Positions 62,215 to 64,000 of a stretch of 64,000 nt of DNA are shown piece after piece. This stretch comes from an uncultured delta proteobacterium. Its GTDB lineage: Bacteria > Myxococcota_A > Polyangia > Fen-1088. The notes below the pieces were generated by a model. The model was not told the DNA's origin. It did not search any database and saw nothing but the letters and a program-made list of their open reading frames with translations. Position numbers and translations under genes: made by a program. How positions within the stretch are numbered: the stretch's first letter is position 1; the number at the start of each line of letters is the position of its first letter. The stretch is taken from positions 1 through 64,000 of the forward strand of contig CAVWIP010000017.1 in NCBI GenBank assembly GCA_963755125.1, in the 5' to 3' direction.

Positions 62215-62925
62215 TCAGTTTTCCGCCGTTTTCCCGCAACATTTCTTGTACTTCTTCCCCGATCCACACGGGCACGGCTCATTCCTGCCGATCTTGGGAG
62301 TACTGCGCCTTGGCTCGGTGGTAACTATGTCCTGTCCGTGGGCTTCGCGGCCTGCCCGGAAATAGCGATAGGCATACGCGATGCCAGCTGTCATGTGCGC
62401 AATGACATCTTCGCGCTGCTCAAGGCTGATCGGCCCCGGTCGCATCTTCGGGTCTTTGTCATGCTCGTGGTGGAGCATCATCGTCGGAATCAAGCAACCG
62501 CCGTTCTCTTCGTCATTCAGAAGTTTCGACCAGCCACCGGGCCGCATCTTCACGCCTCGCATGAAGCCGTTTGCCCAGTCGTTGCCACTTGCGAATCCGT
62601 GCTCGTCTTCCAGCAGGAGCGGCAAGTGGACGTCGTCTTTGAAGAACGCATCAGCGATGGTGTTCCAGTGCCGCATCATGAGGGCAAAGAACTCGTTGGC
62701 CTCGTCGCGACTGGCGAATCCGGAGTGGTTTGACATGTCGCCGCCGAAGACCTCCGGCAAGTACTCGCTCGGCATCACGGTCTCCGGGCCCACGACCAAA
62801 GCTGCGAAGAACCCATCCAGTTGCTCCAGGTTCATCGCTTTGTCACCCCCGCGGCTTTCGAGAAGGTCTCCGAGGCGGTCCAACTCGGCGTCGTTCAAGG
62901 GCTCGCTGGCGGTCTGATTTTTCAT
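62215..62925 (-). CDS. YecA/UPF0149-family protein with a SEC-C motif
   Basis: [23 protein letters not shown] and [18 protein letters not shown]. Confidence 0.9.
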   Translation of the reverse strand: MKNQTASEPLNDAELDRLGDLLESRGGDKAMNLEQLDGFFAALVVGPETVMPSEYLPEVFGGDMSNHSGFASRDEANEFFALMMRHWNTIADAFFKDDVHLPLLLEDEHGFASGNDWANGFMRGVKMRPGGWSKLLNDEENGGCLIPTMMLHHEHDKDPKMRPGPISLEQREDVIAHMTAGIAYAYRYFRAGREAHGQDIVTTEPRRSTPKIGRNEPCPCGSGKKYKKCCGKTAEN

Positions 62926-63054
62926 GGGGATTCCGACTACTCTGGGTAACCATTTACCACACGAAGCCCATCACGAGCTGCCATCGGTGCCCTGGTGGAA
63001 CCCTCGCGAAACCTGGATTGAAACCCCTTCCGACAGGCACTACCGTTTCTTCGC

Positions 63055-64000
63055 GTGCCTCCTACCGCCTTCATCCACCTGGACATGGACGCGTTCTTCG
63101 CGTCGGTGGAGCAACGCGATTCTCCCGAGCTGCGAGGCAAGCCCGTCATCGTAGGCGGCGACCCGCGACGCGGAGTCGTGCTGGCGGCCTCGTATGAGGT
63201 GAGACCGTTCGGGGTGCACTCGGCCATGCCCATGGCAGTCGCCATGCGACGCGCACCCAAGGCCATCGTGGTTCCGCCGCGCATGACAGCGTACGAGGAA
63301 GCGAGCGATGCCGTCTTCGCGATCATGAGCAAGGTCACGCCGCTCATCGAACCGGTCTCGCTTGATGAGGCATTCCTGGACGTGACTGCATCAGTCAAGC
63401 TGTTCGGCACTCCCAGCCAGATAGCCTCCGACCTGCGAGCACGGATTGCATCTGAGGTGGGGTTGCCGTCGTCGGCTGGAATCGCGTCGGTGAAGTTTGT
63501 GGCCAAGATCGCATCTGACCTGGCCAAGCCGAACGGGCAGAAGGAAGTCGCACCAGTTGAGGCCCGCGAGTTTCTCGCCCCGTTGCCCGTCGGACGTCTG
63601 TGGGGCGTGGGTCCGAAAACCGAGGCTGCTCTTGCAGACCTTGGACTTCGCACCGTCGGGCAGATTGCAGCTTCAGATCCAAATTGGCTCGACAAGCGCA
63701 TCTCTGGTGGGCGCGATCTGTGGGAACTGGCATGTGGGATCGATCTGCGACCAGTTGTTCCCGACCGTGAGGCGAAGAGCATCGGTACCGAGGACACATT
63801 TGATGAGGACCTGGCTGGCACGGATGCGCTGCTACCCCACGTGCACTCGCAGGCTCTGCGCGTAGGACGGCGTCTGCGCCAGGCGGGCAGAAAAACAACG
63901 GTGGTGCAGCTCAAGGTGAAGCTGGCGGACTTCACGCTGCTCACGCGCCAGACGACGTTGCACGAACCGACAGACGATGGTCAGGAGATCTATCGAGCCG
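63055..64000 (+). CDS. dinB: DNA polymerase IV (runs off the window end)
   Basis: IHLDMDAFFASVEQRD.PELRGKPVIVGG, ASYE, SLDEAFLD, AKIASD..KPNG and LWGVGPKT. Confidence 0.95.
   Translation, partial: MPPTAFIHLDMDAFFASVEQRDSPELRGKPVIVGGDPRRGVVLAASYEVRPFGVHSAMPMAVAMRRAPKAIVVPPRMTAYEEASDAVFAIMSKVTPLIEPVSLDEAFLDVTASVKLFGTPSQIASDLRARIASEVGLPSSAGIASVKFVAKIASDLAKPNGQKEVAPVEAREFLAPLPVGRLWGVGPKTEAALADLGLRTVGQIAASDPNWLDKRISGGRDLWELACGIDLRPVVPDREAKSIGTEDTFDEDLAGTDALLPHVHSQALRVGRRLRQAGRKTTVVQLKVKLADFTLLTRQTTLHEPTDDGQEIYRA

Overview
A GC-rich bacterial accessory region, probably from Myxococcota (Polyangia-like). This is inferred from the Gly/Thr/'DAG'-rich and Cys-rich lipoproteins, a vWA lipoprotein, a myxophage-type integrase and a mevalonate-pathway remnant. 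The first 504 bp are (AC)n/poly-A and probably an artefact. The window then contains, in order: (1) an atypical RegA-like regulator, an orphan rpoD paralog and several gene fragments; (2) a XerC-like recombinase inside a ~3.1-kb segment bounded by perfect 19-bp inverted repeats that form loxP/dif-like palindromic sites. Inverting this segment would aim a candidate promoter at an HpaA-like lipoprotein plus TM2-TM2 operon, which makes it the best candidate for an undescribed phase-variation switch; (3) a Septu-type PtuA/PtuB pair; (4) an integrative, probably mobilizable element (TM/coiled-coil protein, vWA lipoprotein, VirD4-like ATPase, Zn-finger protein, Replic_Relax protein, Xis, Int) whose integrase reads through a tRNA-Gly(CCC); (5) a second, satellite-like element (Int, Xis, DUF3631 with iterons) that abuts the 5' end of the same tRNA; (6) a 4.2-kb inversion that splits an AIPR gene and hides a UDG-like/AEP-primase fusion gene; (7) two 1280-bp IS3 copies, each inserted in a defence gene (AIPR and the Detocs effector DtcC); (8) duplicated Kelch lipoproteins, a thrice-repeated structured non-coding motif, a PIN-like protein, an ECF-like sigma factor, a Detocs operon, an AT-hook nucleoid-type protein, a GH105 lipoprotein, ihfA, a YecA-family gene and dinB. 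All family calls come from motif recognition by eye; no database searches were run.
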